A stretch of DNA of 64,000 nucleotides from Clostridia bacterium (lineage in GTDB: Bacteria; Bacillota; Clostridia; Monoglobales; Firm-18): assembly GCA_045654805.1 (NCBI GenBank), contig JAZOOD010000066.1, positions 178 through 64,177 of the forward strand, read 5' to 3'. Below, piece after piece: positions 1 to 10,112 of the stretch. The notes below the pieces were generated by a model. It did not search any database. It was given only the letters and a program-made list of their open reading frames with translations, and was not told the DNA's origin. The position numbers were made by a program, and so were the translations under genes. Each line of letters begins with the position of its first letter. Position 1 is the first letter of the stretch.

Positions 1-936
1 GAGCTTATAAATAAAATATTCGCAAAGCATTTTTCAAATCCCGTACTTAACCGTATGGAGGACAGTGCAGTTGTAGAAGGTGCAAAGCAAATCGCCTTTA
101 CAACAGACAGTTTTGTTGTAACACCGCTTATATTCAAAGGCGGTGACATAGGCCATATGGCAGTATGCGGTACGGTTAACGACTTGCTTATGCGAGGTGC
201 TGTACCAAAGTATTTAACCTGTGGTTTTATAATTGAAGAGGGTGTTGAAACTGAACTTCTGGAACAGATTGTAAGCTCTATGGCACGTACCGCCAAAGAG
301 GCGGGGGTTATTATCGTCGCAGGGGATACAAAGGTTATAGACGGAAACGGCGGACTTTACATCAATACATCAGGTGTTGGTTTTGTTGATGAAAAAACTG
401 ACATAAGCTGTTATAATCTAAAGCCCGGGGACAGTATAATAGTTTCGGGTAATTTGGGCGACCACCATGCTACAATTTTAAGTGCAAGGATGAATATAGA
501 AAACACAATAGAAAGTGATTGTGCACCACTTGGAGAAATAGTACAAAAGCTTATTGAAAATAATATTGAAATACACTCACTACGTGACGTTACACGAGGA
601 GGACTGGGCACAGTACTAAACGAGCTTTCAGATGCATCAGAATGTTCAATAACCATATACGAGGACAAATTGCCAATAGATCCACAGGTAAAATCCTTTT
701 GCAAAATATTGGGGCTTAACCCGTTGCATATGGGTAATGAGGGTAAACTTACAGTTGCAGTACCTAAAGAACAGGAACAAAAGGCTTTGGAAATAATAAG
801 ATCCTGCAAATATGGTAAGAATGCTTCAATTATAGGCGAGGTTTCCAACGGCGAGGGAGTTACGATGATAACATCCATTGGCGGAAAACACGCTGTAAGC
901 GAACTGTTTGGCGAGGGCTTGCCGAGAATTTGCTGA
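1..936 (+). CDS. hypE: Hydrogenase maturation protein HypE (5' end outside window)
   Basis: Motifs FTTDSFVV, GGDIG, GDTKV, RDVTRGGL and C-terminal GEGLPRIC. The frame is open from base 1 (ELINKIFAKHFSNPVLNRMED), so the start lies upstream. Confidence 0.95.
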   Translation, partial: ELINKIFAKHFSNPVLNRMEDSAVVEGAKQIAFTTDSFVVTPLIFKGGDIGHMAVCGTVNDLLMRGAVPKYLTCGFIIEEGVETELLEQIVSSMARTAKEAGVIIVAGDTKVIDGNGGLYINTSGVGFVDEKTDISCYNLKPGDSIIVSGNLGDHHATILSARMNIENTIESDCAPLGEIVQKLIENNIEIHSLRDVTRGGLGTVLNELSDASECSITIYEDKLPIDPQVKSFCKILGLNPLHMGNEGKLTVAVPKEQEQKALEIIRSCKYGKNASIIGEVSNGEGVTMITSIGGKHAVSELFGEGLPRIC

Positions 937-954
937 TTAAGAGGTGACAAAATT

Positions 955-1377
955 ATGAACATACTTGTAATAGACGGTCAGGGCGGAAAAATAGGCTCTA
1001 TGGTAATAACCCTACTCAAAAAGGTAATTCCGGAATTGGAAGTTATTGCAATAGGCACAAACAGCATAGCAACCTCCGCAATGTTAAAGGCGGGGGCGGA
1101 CAAAGGAGCATCCGGGGAAAACCCCGTAGTTGTAAATGCCCATAAAGCCGACATAATTATAGGCCCGTTGGGTATAGCTATTACAAACTCAATGCTTGGA
1201 GAGGTTACTCCCAAAATGGCTGAAGCAATTGGCAACAGCAAAGCTCAAAAACTGCTTATACCTACAAATAATTGCAATAACATCGTTCTTGGAACAGAGT
1301 CTTTGTCAATAAACGAGATTGTTCTGATTGCTGTGGACAGAATATCTAAAATAATAAAAGAAAAACCTCAGTGCTAA
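955..1377 (+). CDS. DUF3842-family protein
   Basis: MNILVIDGQGGKIG, GTNSIATSAMLKAGA and GEN motifs; RBS GAGGTG upstream. Confidence 0.8.
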   Translation: MNILVIDGQGGKIGSMVITLLKKVIPELEVIAIGTNSIATSAMLKAGADKGASGENPVVVNAHKADIIIGPLGIAITNSMLGEVTPKMAEAIGNSKAQKLLIPTNNCNNIVLGTESLSINEIVLIAVDRISKIIKEKPQC

Positions 1378-1952
1378 GCACTGAGGTTTTTAATTTCAAA
1401 CTCTGCTTCTTCCTTTGTACATACACATAATTTATACCCTTCAATTTCATACATGCAAAACTTCCAGTCACTTATTTTATCAACATATATTTCGTTTAAT
1501 GGTATTCTAAGACCCTTTCCCAAAGCCTTTACATAACTTTCCTTTTTTACCCAATATTCAAAAAAACTATTTTGCGAATTATTTGAATTTATTATAGTAT
1601 TATACTCATTTGCACAAAACTTCTCTTTTGCAATATCCATATTTACATCCCTTATTTTTTCCACATCTACCCCCACAGGATAGTCTGATACTGCACATAC
1701 TGAAATATTGCCGGAATGAGATAAGTTAAACTCAACTTCTTCCCCATATGGCTTTCCATACTTATCAATGCTATAACAAGGCTTTCTGCCAAGATACTGT
1801 GAAAGCAAAAGTTCTGCACCTATGCCCAGAAGCTGATTTTGCATTTTTTTTTGTTCTTTTACTTTTTTATAACGATATTCTGAAATATAATCCCTGTATA
1901 ATTCTATATCATTATTCAATTCCAAAACATCTGCAATAAAAACCTTTGTCAT
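1374..1952 (-). CDS. Sfp-type 4'-phosphopantetheinyl transferase
   Basis: YGKP, FNLSHSG, VGVDVE and WVKKESYVKALGKGL motifs; start placed at MTKVF. Confidence 0.9.
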   Translation of the reverse strand: MTKVFIADVLELNNDIELYRDYISEYRYKKVKEQKKMQNQLLGIGAELLLSQYLGRKPCYSIDKYGKPYGEEVEFNLSHSGNISVCAVSDYPVGVDVEKIRDVNMDIAKEKFCANEYNTIINSNNSQNSFFEYWVKKESYVKALGKGLRIPLNEIYVDKISDWKFCMYEIEGYKLCVCTKEEAEFEIKNLSA

Positions 1953-1987
1953 AATAAAACGTCCAATCATTTTTTAAACACATTTTA

Positions 1988-2422
1988 TCATAAAAAGGGA
2001 CTTATTTCAACTGCAAGTTCTTCCTCTATATCAATTAGTTTTTCTGCAATTTTTTTACTTCTGTCATCCGCACAGTCATATTGATTCATATACTTTCTGA
2101 TTGACTTGATACCCATATTGCAACCGTCTGTTATAAGGTCGGATATTGTTGCATCGCTTTCGTCCCAGTAAAGCTTTGCATTTGTCTTTATCCAGGACAT
2201 ACCTTTAGCCATCGGGTTTGGCTCCTTGGTTTCCTCACCAAGCTCTTTGATAAGCCCGTTTGTTTCGTTTCCAAGCTGAGTATGCTTGTTTTTGTAATCA
2301 TTTAAAATTGTTTCAAGCTTCTGGCTTTCCACCTTTGGCAACACCTCGTCTATGGCGCTTACACCCATCTGTATGCCCGAATTACATTCCATCAACAAGT
2401 TAACTGTATCGTTATTTATCAT
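1988..2422 (-). CDS. Conserved hypothetical helical (ferritin-like) protein, probably sporulation-related
   Basis: Four-helix-like sequence with RBS GGGGTG. Upstream GGCAATACTA (2438-2447, minus strand) resembles a sigmaF/G -10 element. Confidence 0.55.
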   Translation of the reverse strand: MINNDTVNLLMECNSGIQMGVSAIDEVLPKVESQKLETILNDYKNKHTQLGNETNGLIKELGEETKEPNPMAKGMSWIKTNAKLYWDESDATISDLITDGCNMGIKSIRKYMNQYDCADDRSKKIAEKLIDIEEELAVEISPFL

Positions 2423-2507
2423 AAAATCACCCCGACTTAGTATTGCCGGAAAAATCAATTATATTATTTTTTTGAAATCATTGATTTTAAGCTTCACAAA
2501 ATAAATT

Positions 2508-3209
2508 TTAATTATTTACATATACTAATACACATAAGTCCCCGTTTTCATTACGTATTTCATAATAAAAACCATCTTCTGTCTGTTTGCCGTAAATTTT
2601 CAAAAATTCATTTTTCTTAAGCTCCTTACGGTATTTAACCTGCAATTCGGAAATTTCAAAATTCTCAGGCAGAAAATCCAGGACTTCTTCAACAGATTTT
2701 ATATTATTAATATGATTATTTGTGTCAAGGTGATGTCTTTTCACCTGTGCATCTCCCAAAAAACCAACATCATCTAAAGGTTTTAGTTTAACAGAATGTA
2801 AGTTGTTATCTTCCTCAGATAAGTTTTCAAAAACCACAAAAAGCTCATCAACCGCTCTGGCAATTCTCATTTTCTCTGTATTTACGGTAAACCATACTGC
2901 AGTAGCGATTACCTTACATTCATCATTTTGCCATATCTCATATTTTCTGGTTGCTTCACACTTGGTGGTACTCATCAAACCCGTCTTTACGGTAACCGTG
3001 TCATTATCAACAATAGGTTTAATGAATTTTACACGCCAGCTTGCCAAAAGACAGGCAATGGATACGGACCTTAGCTTTTCAGCTCCCAACCCTGCATAAT
3101 CAGCATGGGCAATTGAAATATCCTGCAAAAGGTCAAGCACAGTACTTGTCTTTATTTTACCACAGTTATCAATATCGCTATATCTTAATTCATATTCTTT
3201 TACAAACAT
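2508..3209 (-). CDS. Acyl-ACP thioesterase (double hotdog fold)
   Basis: LRYSDID near the N-terminus and HLDTNNHINN catalytic motif. Confidence 0.85.
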   Translation of the reverse strand: MFVKEYELRYSDIDNCGKIKTSTVLDLLQDISIAHADYAGLGAEKLRSVSIACLLASWRVKFIKPIVDNDTVTVKTGLMSTTKCEATRKYEIWQNDECKVIATAVWFTVNTEKMRIARAVDELFVVFENLSEEDNNLHSVKLKPLDDVGFLGDAQVKRHHLDTNNHINNIKSVEEVLDFLPENFEISELQVKYRKELKKNEFLKIYGKQTEDGFYYEIRNENGDLCVLVYVNN

Positions 3210-3233
3210 ATATTCCACCTGACAAGATTATTA

Positions 3234-3947
3234 TTAAATATTTTCTTTAAGTCTATCCATCACTTCTTTACTCGGTTGCTCATAACAATCAAATGGAAAA
3301 TCCATTCCCATTTTATCATACTTTACTTTACATATTTTCTTGAATGGTAAAAGTTCAACATTATCAATACAACTGTACTTTTTAATAAGACTGTTTAAAA
3401 ATTCAATATTTTCACTATTATCATTAAGTGTTGGTATAATAACCTGCCTTATGGTAACAGGTATTTTGTTTTCATTAAGATATTCCAAAAATTTTAAAGG
3501 TAAGTCAATGCTGCACCCTACATATTTACGGTACATTTCATCAGACATATATTTAATATCCAGCAACACTCTGTCCGTATATTCAAGCATAGCCTTAACC
3601 TTTTCATTCAAAATACTGCCTGACGTATCAAGACAGGTGTTTATACCCCTATTATGACATTCCAAAAACAATTCCCTTACAAAATCCGCCTGCAAAAGAG
3701 GTTCTCCTCCGGAAACAGTTATACCCCCCTGGTTTCCGAAATAGCTGCGATATCTTTCAACCTTATCTGCAAGCTCAACTGCAGTGTATTCCGTACCGCC
3801 AGTACATTCCCATGTATCAGGGTTGTGACAACAACCACAACGCAGATTACAACCTTGTGTAAACACAACAAAGCGGACACCCGGCCCGTCTAGTGTGCCG
3901 AGTGTCTGAATAGAATTTATTTTACCTTTAATCTGAGATATACTCAT
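3234..3947 (-). CDS. pflA: Pyruvate formate-lyase activating enzyme (radical SAM)
   Basis: GTLDGPGVRFVVFTQGCNLRCGCCHNPDTW and SGGEPLLQ; adjacent to pflB. Confidence 0.95.
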   Translation of the reverse strand: MSISQIKGKINSIQTLGTLDGPGVRFVVFTQGCNLRCGCCHNPDTWECTGGTEYTAVELADKVERYRSYFGNQGGITVSGGEPLLQADFVRELFLECHNRGINTCLDTSGSILNEKVKAMLEYTDRVLLDIKYMSDEMYRKYVGCSIDLPLKFLEYLNENKIPVTIRQVIIPTLNDNSENIEFLNSLIKKYSCIDNVELLPFKKICKVKYDKMGMDFPFDCYEQPSKEVMDRLKENI

Positions 3948-3949
3948 AA

Positions 3950-6181
3950 CTACATAACCTCGTGGAATGTACGGCTTATAACCTCACGCTGCTGTTCACG
4001 TGAAAGCTTGTGGAAATTAACAGCATATCCGGAAACGCGGATAGTAAGGTTAGGATATGCTTCCGGGTCTTCATAAGCCTTCATAAGTGTTTCTCTGTTT
4101 AATACATTTATGTTAATATGATGTGCCTTGTTTGCAAAATATCCGTCAAGTATTGAAACCAGGTTGTCCACACGTTCTTCATCTGTTCTGCCCAAAGCGT
4201 CCGGAGTAATGGAAAATGTGTTGGAAATACCATCACGGCAATCTGCATAACTGATTTTAGCAACGGAGTTAAGTGATGCCAAAGCTCCGTTTTCCTCACG
4301 GTTGTGCATCGGGTTAGCACCCGGTGCAAAAGGCTCAGCCGCCTTTCTACCGTCAGGAGTTGCACCTGTATTTTTACCATACATAACATTTGATGTAATA
4401 GTAAGTACAGACAATGTATGCTCTGCATTTCTGTATGCAGGTGTTTTACGAAGTTCAGTAATAACCTTATGTGCCATTCCCTTTGCAATAAGGTCAACAC
4501 GGTCATCATCATTACCGAATTTAGGGAAGTCACCTGTTGTTTCAAAATCAACTATATAACCATTATCATCCTTAACAGGACGTACACTTGCGTATTTAAT
4601 AGCGCTTAAAGAATCCGAAACTACGGATAGTCCCGCAATACCGAATGCCATAAATCTGCCCACTTCGGTATCGTGAAGTGCCATCTGCGTCTTTTCATAG
4701 CAATACTTATCGTGCATAAAGTGAATAACGTTCATAGTATTCACATAAAGCTTTGATAACCATTTAATATAAATTTCAAAACGCTCCATAACTGCATCGT
4801 AGTCTAGTCTGTCGCCTTCTAAAATAGACATTCTTGGACCGATTTCCATCTGGCTTGTAGTATCATACCCGCCGTTTATAGCAATAAGTAAGAGCTTTGC
4901 AAGGTTGCATCTTGCACCAAAGAACTGCATCTGCTTACCTATCTTCATAGCTGAAACACAGCACGCAATTGCATAGTCATCACCATAAACAGGACGCATA
5001 ACATCATCATTTTCATACTGAATAGAGTCTGTATCCACAGAAACCTTGGCACAAAACTTTTTAAATCCTTCAGGCAATGAATTTGACCATAGTACAGTAA
5101 GGTTAGGTTCAGGTGATGAACCTAGTGTATAAAGTGTATTAAGAATACGGAAACTGTTCTTTGTAACCAAAGTTCTGCCATCTTCACCCATACCGCCTAC
5201 TGCTTCCGTAATCCACATTGGGTCCCCGCCAAAAAGCTCATTATATTCAGGAGTTCTTAAATGTCTTGCCAATCTTAGTTTTATAACAAAATCATCTATA
5301 ATCTCCTGTGCACCTTCCTCAGTAAGGATACCCTCGGCAATATCACGTTCTATATATATATCGAAAAAAGTACTTACTCTGCCCAAAGACATAGCCGCAC
5401 CGTTTTGCTCCTTAATAGCAGCAAGATATGCAAAATATGTCCATTGTACAGCTTCGAGAGTATTGGAAGCAGGCTCGCTGATATCATATCCATACATAGC
5501 AGCCATTTCCTTCATATAACCCAAAAATGCAATCTGCTGTGCCACTTCTTCCTCTAGTTTTATCTTTTCTACGTCAAAATCTCCGTCGGCGAGAGCTTTT
5601 TTATCCTTTATTTTTTCCTCTATAAGACGGTCAACACCGTAAAGAGCAACACGGCGGTAGTCACCTATAATTCTGCCTCTGCCGTATGCATCAGGTAGAC
5701 CGGTTATAACATGGCACTTACGTGCTTTACGCATTTCGTCAGTATAAGCACGGAAAACACCTTCATTATGTGTAGTGCGGTAACGGAAGGAATCTTCCAC
5801 AGTTTGACTAACCTTGTAGCCGTACGCCTCACAAGCGCTGCGTACCATACGCATACCGCCAAAAGGACTAAGTCCGCGTCTTAGAGGGCGGTTTGTCTGA
5901 ATACCTACTATAAGTTCATTTTCCTTATCAACATAACCGGGCGCATAGCTTGTAAGTGAAGATACAGTTTCAGTATCTATATCAAGCACACCGCCAAACT
6001 GACGTTCGAGTGCAAACAAAAGCTGTACCTTTTTCATCATTTCACTTGTACGCTTTGTAGCTCCTGCAAGGAAACCGGCATCACCGGTATATTCCTTATA
6101 ATTGGTCTGAATAAAATCACGCACGTTTATTTCATTCTGCCAAGCACCATTTTTAAAATTTTTCCAATTCTTATGTTCCAT
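3950..6181 (-). CDS. pflB: Pyruvate formate-lyase (formate acetyltransferase)
   Basis: IACCVS active-site cysteines and glycyl-radical motif RVSGYAV. RBS AAGGAG favours the ATG at 6181. Confidence 0.97.
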   Translation of the reverse strand: MEHKNWKNFKNGAWQNEINVRDFIQTNYKEYTGDAGFLAGATKRTSEMMKKVQLLFALERQFGGVLDIDTETVSSLTSYAPGYVDKENELIVGIQTNRPLRRGLSPFGGMRMVRSACEAYGYKVSQTVEDSFRYRTTHNEGVFRAYTDEMRKARKCHVITGLPDAYGRGRIIGDYRRVALYGVDRLIEEKIKDKKALADGDFDVEKIKLEEEVAQQIAFLGYMKEMAAMYGYDISEPASNTLEAVQWTYFAYLAAIKEQNGAAMSLGRVSTFFDIYIERDIAEGILTEEGAQEIIDDFVIKLRLARHLRTPEYNELFGGDPMWITEAVGGMGEDGRTLVTKNSFRILNTLYTLGSSPEPNLTVLWSNSLPEGFKKFCAKVSVDTDSIQYENDDVMRPVYGDDYAIACCVSAMKIGKQMQFFGARCNLAKLLLIAINGGYDTTSQMEIGPRMSILEGDRLDYDAVMERFEIYIKWLSKLYVNTMNVIHFMHDKYCYEKTQMALHDTEVGRFMAFGIAGLSVVSDSLSAIKYASVRPVKDDNGYIVDFETTGDFPKFGNDDDRVDLIAKGMAHKVITELRKTPAYRNAEHTLSVLTITSNVMYGKNTGATPDGRKAAEPFAPGANPMHNREENGALASLNSVAKISYADCRDGISNTFSITPDALGRTDEERVDNLVSILDGYFANKAHHININVLNRETLMKAYEDPEAYPNLTIRVSGYAVNFHKLSREQQREVISRTFHEVM

Positions 6182-6235
6182 AAACATTCTCCTTTTCCGC
6201 CTCGATTATTAAAAAATAATCGGCTATATTAATAA

Positions 6236-6312
6236 TCGCCCAGACGGTCGGCATCTATAAATAACGTTTACATTCCCTTGCGGTGCTCCGCAAATCCGTC
6301 AGTTATGTAAAA
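6236..6312 (-). ncRNA. ZTP (ZMP/pfl) riboswitch
   Basis: Minus strand reads TTTACATAACTGACGGATTTGCGGAGCACCGCAAGGGAATGTAAA...GCCGACCGTCTGGGC: P1, P2, linker and the 3' GCCG-CCGTC-TGGGC hairpin. GACGG can pair with CCGTC as the pseudoknot. Lies in the pflB 5' UTR. Confidence 0.9.
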
Positions 6313-6321
6313 CTTAATTAG

Positions 6322-6350
6322 ATTATATAATATGATAAACAAAAAGTCAA
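6322..6350 (-). promoter_or_regulatory. sigmaA promoter of pflB
   Basis: TTGACT-N17-TATAAT on the minus strand, directly upstream of the riboswitch. Confidence 0.8.
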
Positions 6351-6535
6351 CACCCAAAACACAACATATTTTGTATTTTTTTATGAATTTTATCAAAAAT
6401 ACCACAATATCTAGTTGTTTGAGAAATTTTTTAAAAATTTTAAAAAAATCACAACAAAATCAACTTTCGAATTGTATTACTTATGAAAGGCCCTGAGAGA
6501 GGGCTAAAAAATACAAGAAATAAGGAGAACAAAAA

Positions 6536-7501
6536 ATGAAAAAAGTACTAAGCCTTGTTTTGGCTGTTGCAGCCATTACATCAATGACAGCATTTGCAAA
6601 CAATGACATAATGCTAATATCAGAAAACCCTGCTGAAGCAGTAACAGAACCTATTGCAACACCTGAATACTTTACAGCATACGGTGAAATTACAGAAGTT
6701 GCAGAAGACTACATAATGGTAAAAACAATTGACGGTGAAGAAATTCAGTTCAACACAAGCGAAAACACTCAGGTAATTGATGCAAACACAATTTTGCCTT
6801 TAGACCTTGCTAACAGAGAAACTAACAAGGTTGCAATTACTTATTCAAACGCTATGACTTTGAGCTTGCCACCACAGGCATATGCTTACGCAATTATCGG
6901 TAACATCAAAGCTGAAATGGGTAACCCAATTTTCACAATAGTTGAAGATGTTAAAACAACTGATGAAGGTATAGTTATCGTTACAGAAGCAGGTTCAAAG
7001 GAAATTACTGTTCCTTCAACTGCAGAAGTTGCACCTTACCTTACAAGAAACATTGTTGCTTTGTCAGATATCAAGGCAGGCAGCAACGTACTTCTTTGGT
7101 ACGATATGATGACTATGAGTATCCCTGCATATGCAACATCCGAAAAGGTTGTTTTGTTGGCAGGTAACGTACTTGACATTGTTGAAGAATCAGACGCTCT
7201 TACAGTAAACGGTGTTGAAATCGTTCTTGCTGAAGACGAAGTTGTATATGACAACAACGGTGTTGAAATGCTACCTTTAAGAACAGTTGCTGAAACTCTT
7301 GGCTTTAAAGTAGAATGGGTTAACGAAACACAGAGCATTATTCTTTCTAAAGATGCTTTCACAGCAACAATCAGAATCGGCACAGTAGAGGGCGGTATTA
7401 ACAGAGCAAGACTTATTCTTGAAACTGCACCTATTCTTTACGGCGGTTCAAAGACATATGTTCCTACATCATTCTTTGCAGAACTTCCTGCAAACAACTA
7501 A
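6536..7501 (+). CDS. Secreted surface protein with C-terminal copper amine oxidase N-terminal (stalk) domain
   Basis: Signal peptide MKKVLSLVLAVAAITSMTAFA; C-terminal MLPLRTVAETLGFKVEW...APIL...TYVP; internal duplicated beta-domain. Confidence 0.8.
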   Translation: MKKVLSLVLAVAAITSMTAFANNDIMLISENPAEAVTEPIATPEYFTAYGEITEVAEDYIMVKTIDGEEIQFNTSENTQVIDANTILPLDLANRETNKVAITYSNAMTLSLPPQAYAYAIIGNIKAEMGNPIFTIVEDVKTTDEGIVIVTEAGSKEITVPSTAEVAPYLTRNIVALSDIKAGSNVLLWYDMMTMSIPAYATSEKVVLLAGNVLDIVEESDALTVNGVEIVLAEDEVVYDNNGVEMLPLRTVAETLGFKVEWVNETQSIILSKDAFTATIRIGTVEGGINRARLILETAPILYGGSKTYVPTSFFAELPANN

Positions 7502-7567
7502 TTTCAAAGTATAAAAGGCAGTATTTATACTAACTACTGTCAAGGACAATACTTTATGTAACAGATG

Positions 7568-8210
7568 AATATTTTTATGTACTTTTGGAGTCAAAAGTAC
7601 CAAAAACGCGGGGATTTCGATTCCCCCGCACCCCCAAACGACAAGGGCTCTGCCCTTGACCCGTTCCGGGGGTTTTTTTATCTTATAGGAAATTACTACT
7701 TTTATGTTGTAATTTCCTATATTACACAAAAGTGCACCTTAATCCCCCAAGATTGGGGGTAGGGGGTTGATGTGTTTTTTAAACACTTTTTTATTTTTAG
7801 GACTAATAGTTTGTTCTTTCTATCAAATCCAAAAACTGCACGCCGTCGTCATACACGAACTTATCGTGCTGACTCCTAAAATCATTGTTCAGCAGCAGAA
7901 TTTGATAACAATGATTTTACTCTTGTTTTTGGATTTTTTGGTTGTTGTGTGGCACAAATTTTCCCACGAACCAAAGACGGTCGTATATATGACAATTAGA
8001 AACAGTCCGCGAAACCGCTGTATATTTTTGTGTAAATCGGCACACATCTATTTTCCGCTGCTGCGCATACCGATTTAGCGGATTTGAGCAAAGAGTTGTG
8101 AATAGGAGCGGCACCAAAATTACAAGGTAAGCAGTTACTGTTTCTTTTGAATATTTCCGACCGGGAGTTTTTGGTTACTTTTGTCGAGACAAAAGTAACC
8201 CGTCGGAGAC
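7568..8210. repeat. Dispersed modular palindromic repeat, copy 1 (longest)
   Basis: Near-identical modules at 27850-28373 and 51057-51324; many hairpins. Confidence 0.9.
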
Positions 8211-8228
8211 AAAATAAAAATATAAATA

Positions 8229-8261
8229 AAAAAGACAGTAACTGAAATGTTACTGTCTTTT
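8229..8261. terminator. Bidirectional intrinsic terminator
   Basis: AAAAAGACAGTAAC-TGAAAT-GTTACTGTCTTTT between convergent genes. Confidence 0.75.
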
Positions 8262-8305
8262 AGAATATGGCTTTTATATACACTTTTTGTTGTTTAGAAC
8301 AGATT

Positions 8306-9250
8306 TCAAATCCCCAATTTCTTTTCCGCAATTCGTTTCTTTCTCTTTTTCCTTGACTTTTCGTTATTAATCTTAAGTCTGTTCATATAATACTGTTCAT
8401 CTGCCTTATCGGCTGTGTACATCATATATTTCGCGGAAATTTTGCCGTCCTTTTCACGCATAAATTTAAGCTTACCCACAAATAAGTCGTGCTTGTTGCA
8501 CCTGCCAATAGTAATATATCTGTCACCACTTTGCTTTACCCATGCTTTAAGTTCGCTTAAGGGAACATCACAGTACGGGCATCTTAAATTCCTGATTTTG
8601 TCGTGCTGGAATACCCCCTGTTTGTTAGCACAGTTATAAATAACCTTGTAATTACCGCAGGACACCCGTTTGAGTCCGCTTAAATCCGCATTGTTGGAAT
8701 ATTCGTCCATACCCTTTTTGACATCTAAAAATCCACATAGCATAGCGGTATATTTGGCATCATTAAGTGCATTGTGAATATTCATTTCCACCGGTATGCC
8801 ATAAAATTCCACAACCTTTTCCAAAGCCATGGGAGGATTATCTGCATCCGTCTGCATAGAATATATAACCTGCAGATTAATCCACTTACCCATCCAGGAA
8901 GTATCAAACTTATGCAACAACAAATTCTGCATCATAACACGGGAATCATCAGGACCCCAGGTAAGGAAAATATGCTCGTCACCACACCATTGCCTGAACT
9001 TTTCGATAATTGACAGAAAGTCCTTGCCATTATTCAGTTGTTTTTGGTCAATACCTGTAAGTTCTTTTACTTTTTTATGGATTTTACGATAAAAAACCGG
9101 CTTAATATCCGCAGCAAAATATTCCAAAACCTCAAAATTTTCGTCCATTTTTACTGCTCCGATTTGTATTATCTCGCCGTCAAGCTGTACACTGCTTTTG
9201 CGGTTATAACCAGCCTGATTCCATTCAAAGTCAACAGCAATATAATGCAA
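8306..9250 (-). CDS. DEDDh 3'-5' exonuclease (KapD/ERI-like) with C-terminal Zn-binding-like extension
   Basis: VDFEWNQ, EIIQIGAV, TWGPDD and HNALNDA motifs; C-terminal CPYC...C..H and basic tail. Confidence 0.8.
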   Translation of the reverse strand: MHYIAVDFEWNQAGYNRKSSVQLDGEIIQIGAVKMDENFEVLEYFAADIKPVFYRKIHKKVKELTGIDQKQLNNGKDFLSIIEKFRQWCGDEHIFLTWGPDDSRVMMQNLLLHKFDTSWMGKWINLQVIYSMQTDADNPPMALEKVVEFYGIPVEMNIHNALNDAKYTAMLCGFLDVKKGMDEYSNNADLSGLKRVSCGNYKVIYNCANKQGVFQHDKIRNLRCPYCDVPLSELKAWVKQSGDRYITIGRCNKHDLFVGKLKFMREKDGKISAKYMMYTADKADEQYYMNRLKINNEKSRKKRKKRIAEKKLGI

Positions 9251-9269
9251 TGTAACTTCTCCTTTAATA

Positions 9270-10112
9270 TTATTTCAACGTTGCCGCCTTAACTGTATTT
9301 TTCATAAGCATAGCAATAGTCATAGGTCCTACACCGCCGGGAACTGGTGTAATAGCCGCAGCCTTCTTTTCACATTCCTCAAATGCTACGTCACCAACCA
9401 ATTTTTTGTCAGGCAGTCTGTTCATACCTACGTCTATAACTACCGCACCCTCTTTAATCATATCACCCTTTATAAGCTCGGGCACACCTACTGCAGCTAC
9501 CAAAATATCAGCCTCACGTGTTACAGCAGCCAAGTCCTTTGTACGGGAATGGCAAATTGTAACAGTACCGTTTTTCTGCAGCAAAAGCATTGCCTGAGGC
9601 TTGCCTACAATGTTACTTCTGCCTACTACCACACAGTTTTTACCCTCTACGGAAATACCGCTTTCCGCAATTAATTCCATTACACCCGCAGGAGTACAGG
9701 GCAAAAAGTCATAGTTGCCAATCATAATCTTACCAACATTTGACGGATGGAAGGCATCCACATCCTTCTTAGCGGAAATTGTATTGATAACTGCTTCCTC
9801 ATTAATATGTTTAGGTAATGGCAACTGCACCAATATACCGTCAATACTGTCATCAACATTAAGCTTTTCAACCAATGCTTTAAGCTCTTCTTCCGTTGTT
9901 TCTGCAGGTAATGCAAATTCCTCGGAATGTATGCCCAACTGTTCACAAGCCTTTTTCTTATTATTTACATATATTCTGCTTGCAGGGTTATCTCCTACAA
10001 TAATTACTGCAAGCCCAACTGACTTACCTTCTTTTTTTAGGTTTTCCACCTCGATTTTCAGTTCGTCCTTTATTCTTTGGGAAACCGCCTTGCCGTCCAA
10101 TATTTTTGCCAT
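9270..10112 (-). CDS. folD: Methylenetetrahydrofolate dehydrogenase/cyclohydrolase
   Basis: [41 protein letters not shown]. Confidence 0.97.
   Translation of the reverse strand: MAKILDGKAVSQRIKDELKIEVENLKKEGKSVGLAVIIVGDNPASRIYVNNKKKACEQLGIHSEEFALPAETTEEELKALVEKLNVDDSIDGILVQLPLPKHINEEAVINTISAKKDVDAFHPSNVGKIMIGNYDFLPCTPAGVMELIAESGISVEGKNCVVVGRSNIVGKPQAMLLLQKNGTVTICHSRTKDLAAVTREADILVAAVGVPELIKGDMIKEGAVVIDVGMNRLPDKKLVGDVAFEECEKKAAAITPVPGGVGPMTIAMLMKNTVKAATLK

Noticed and set aside
7607-7635. tRNA/tmRNA-like T-arm (GGGGATTTCGATTCCCC), also in repeat copies 2 and 3
   Set aside because: No acceptor stem, D-arm, anticodon arm or CCA; it is a hairpin of the dispersed repeat.
7565-8117. Short ORFs inside the repeat (7565-7762, 7767-8078, 7917-8117; also 28032-28353)
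   Set aside because: No RBS, frames are not preserved between copies, and conservation follows base-pairing rather than codons.
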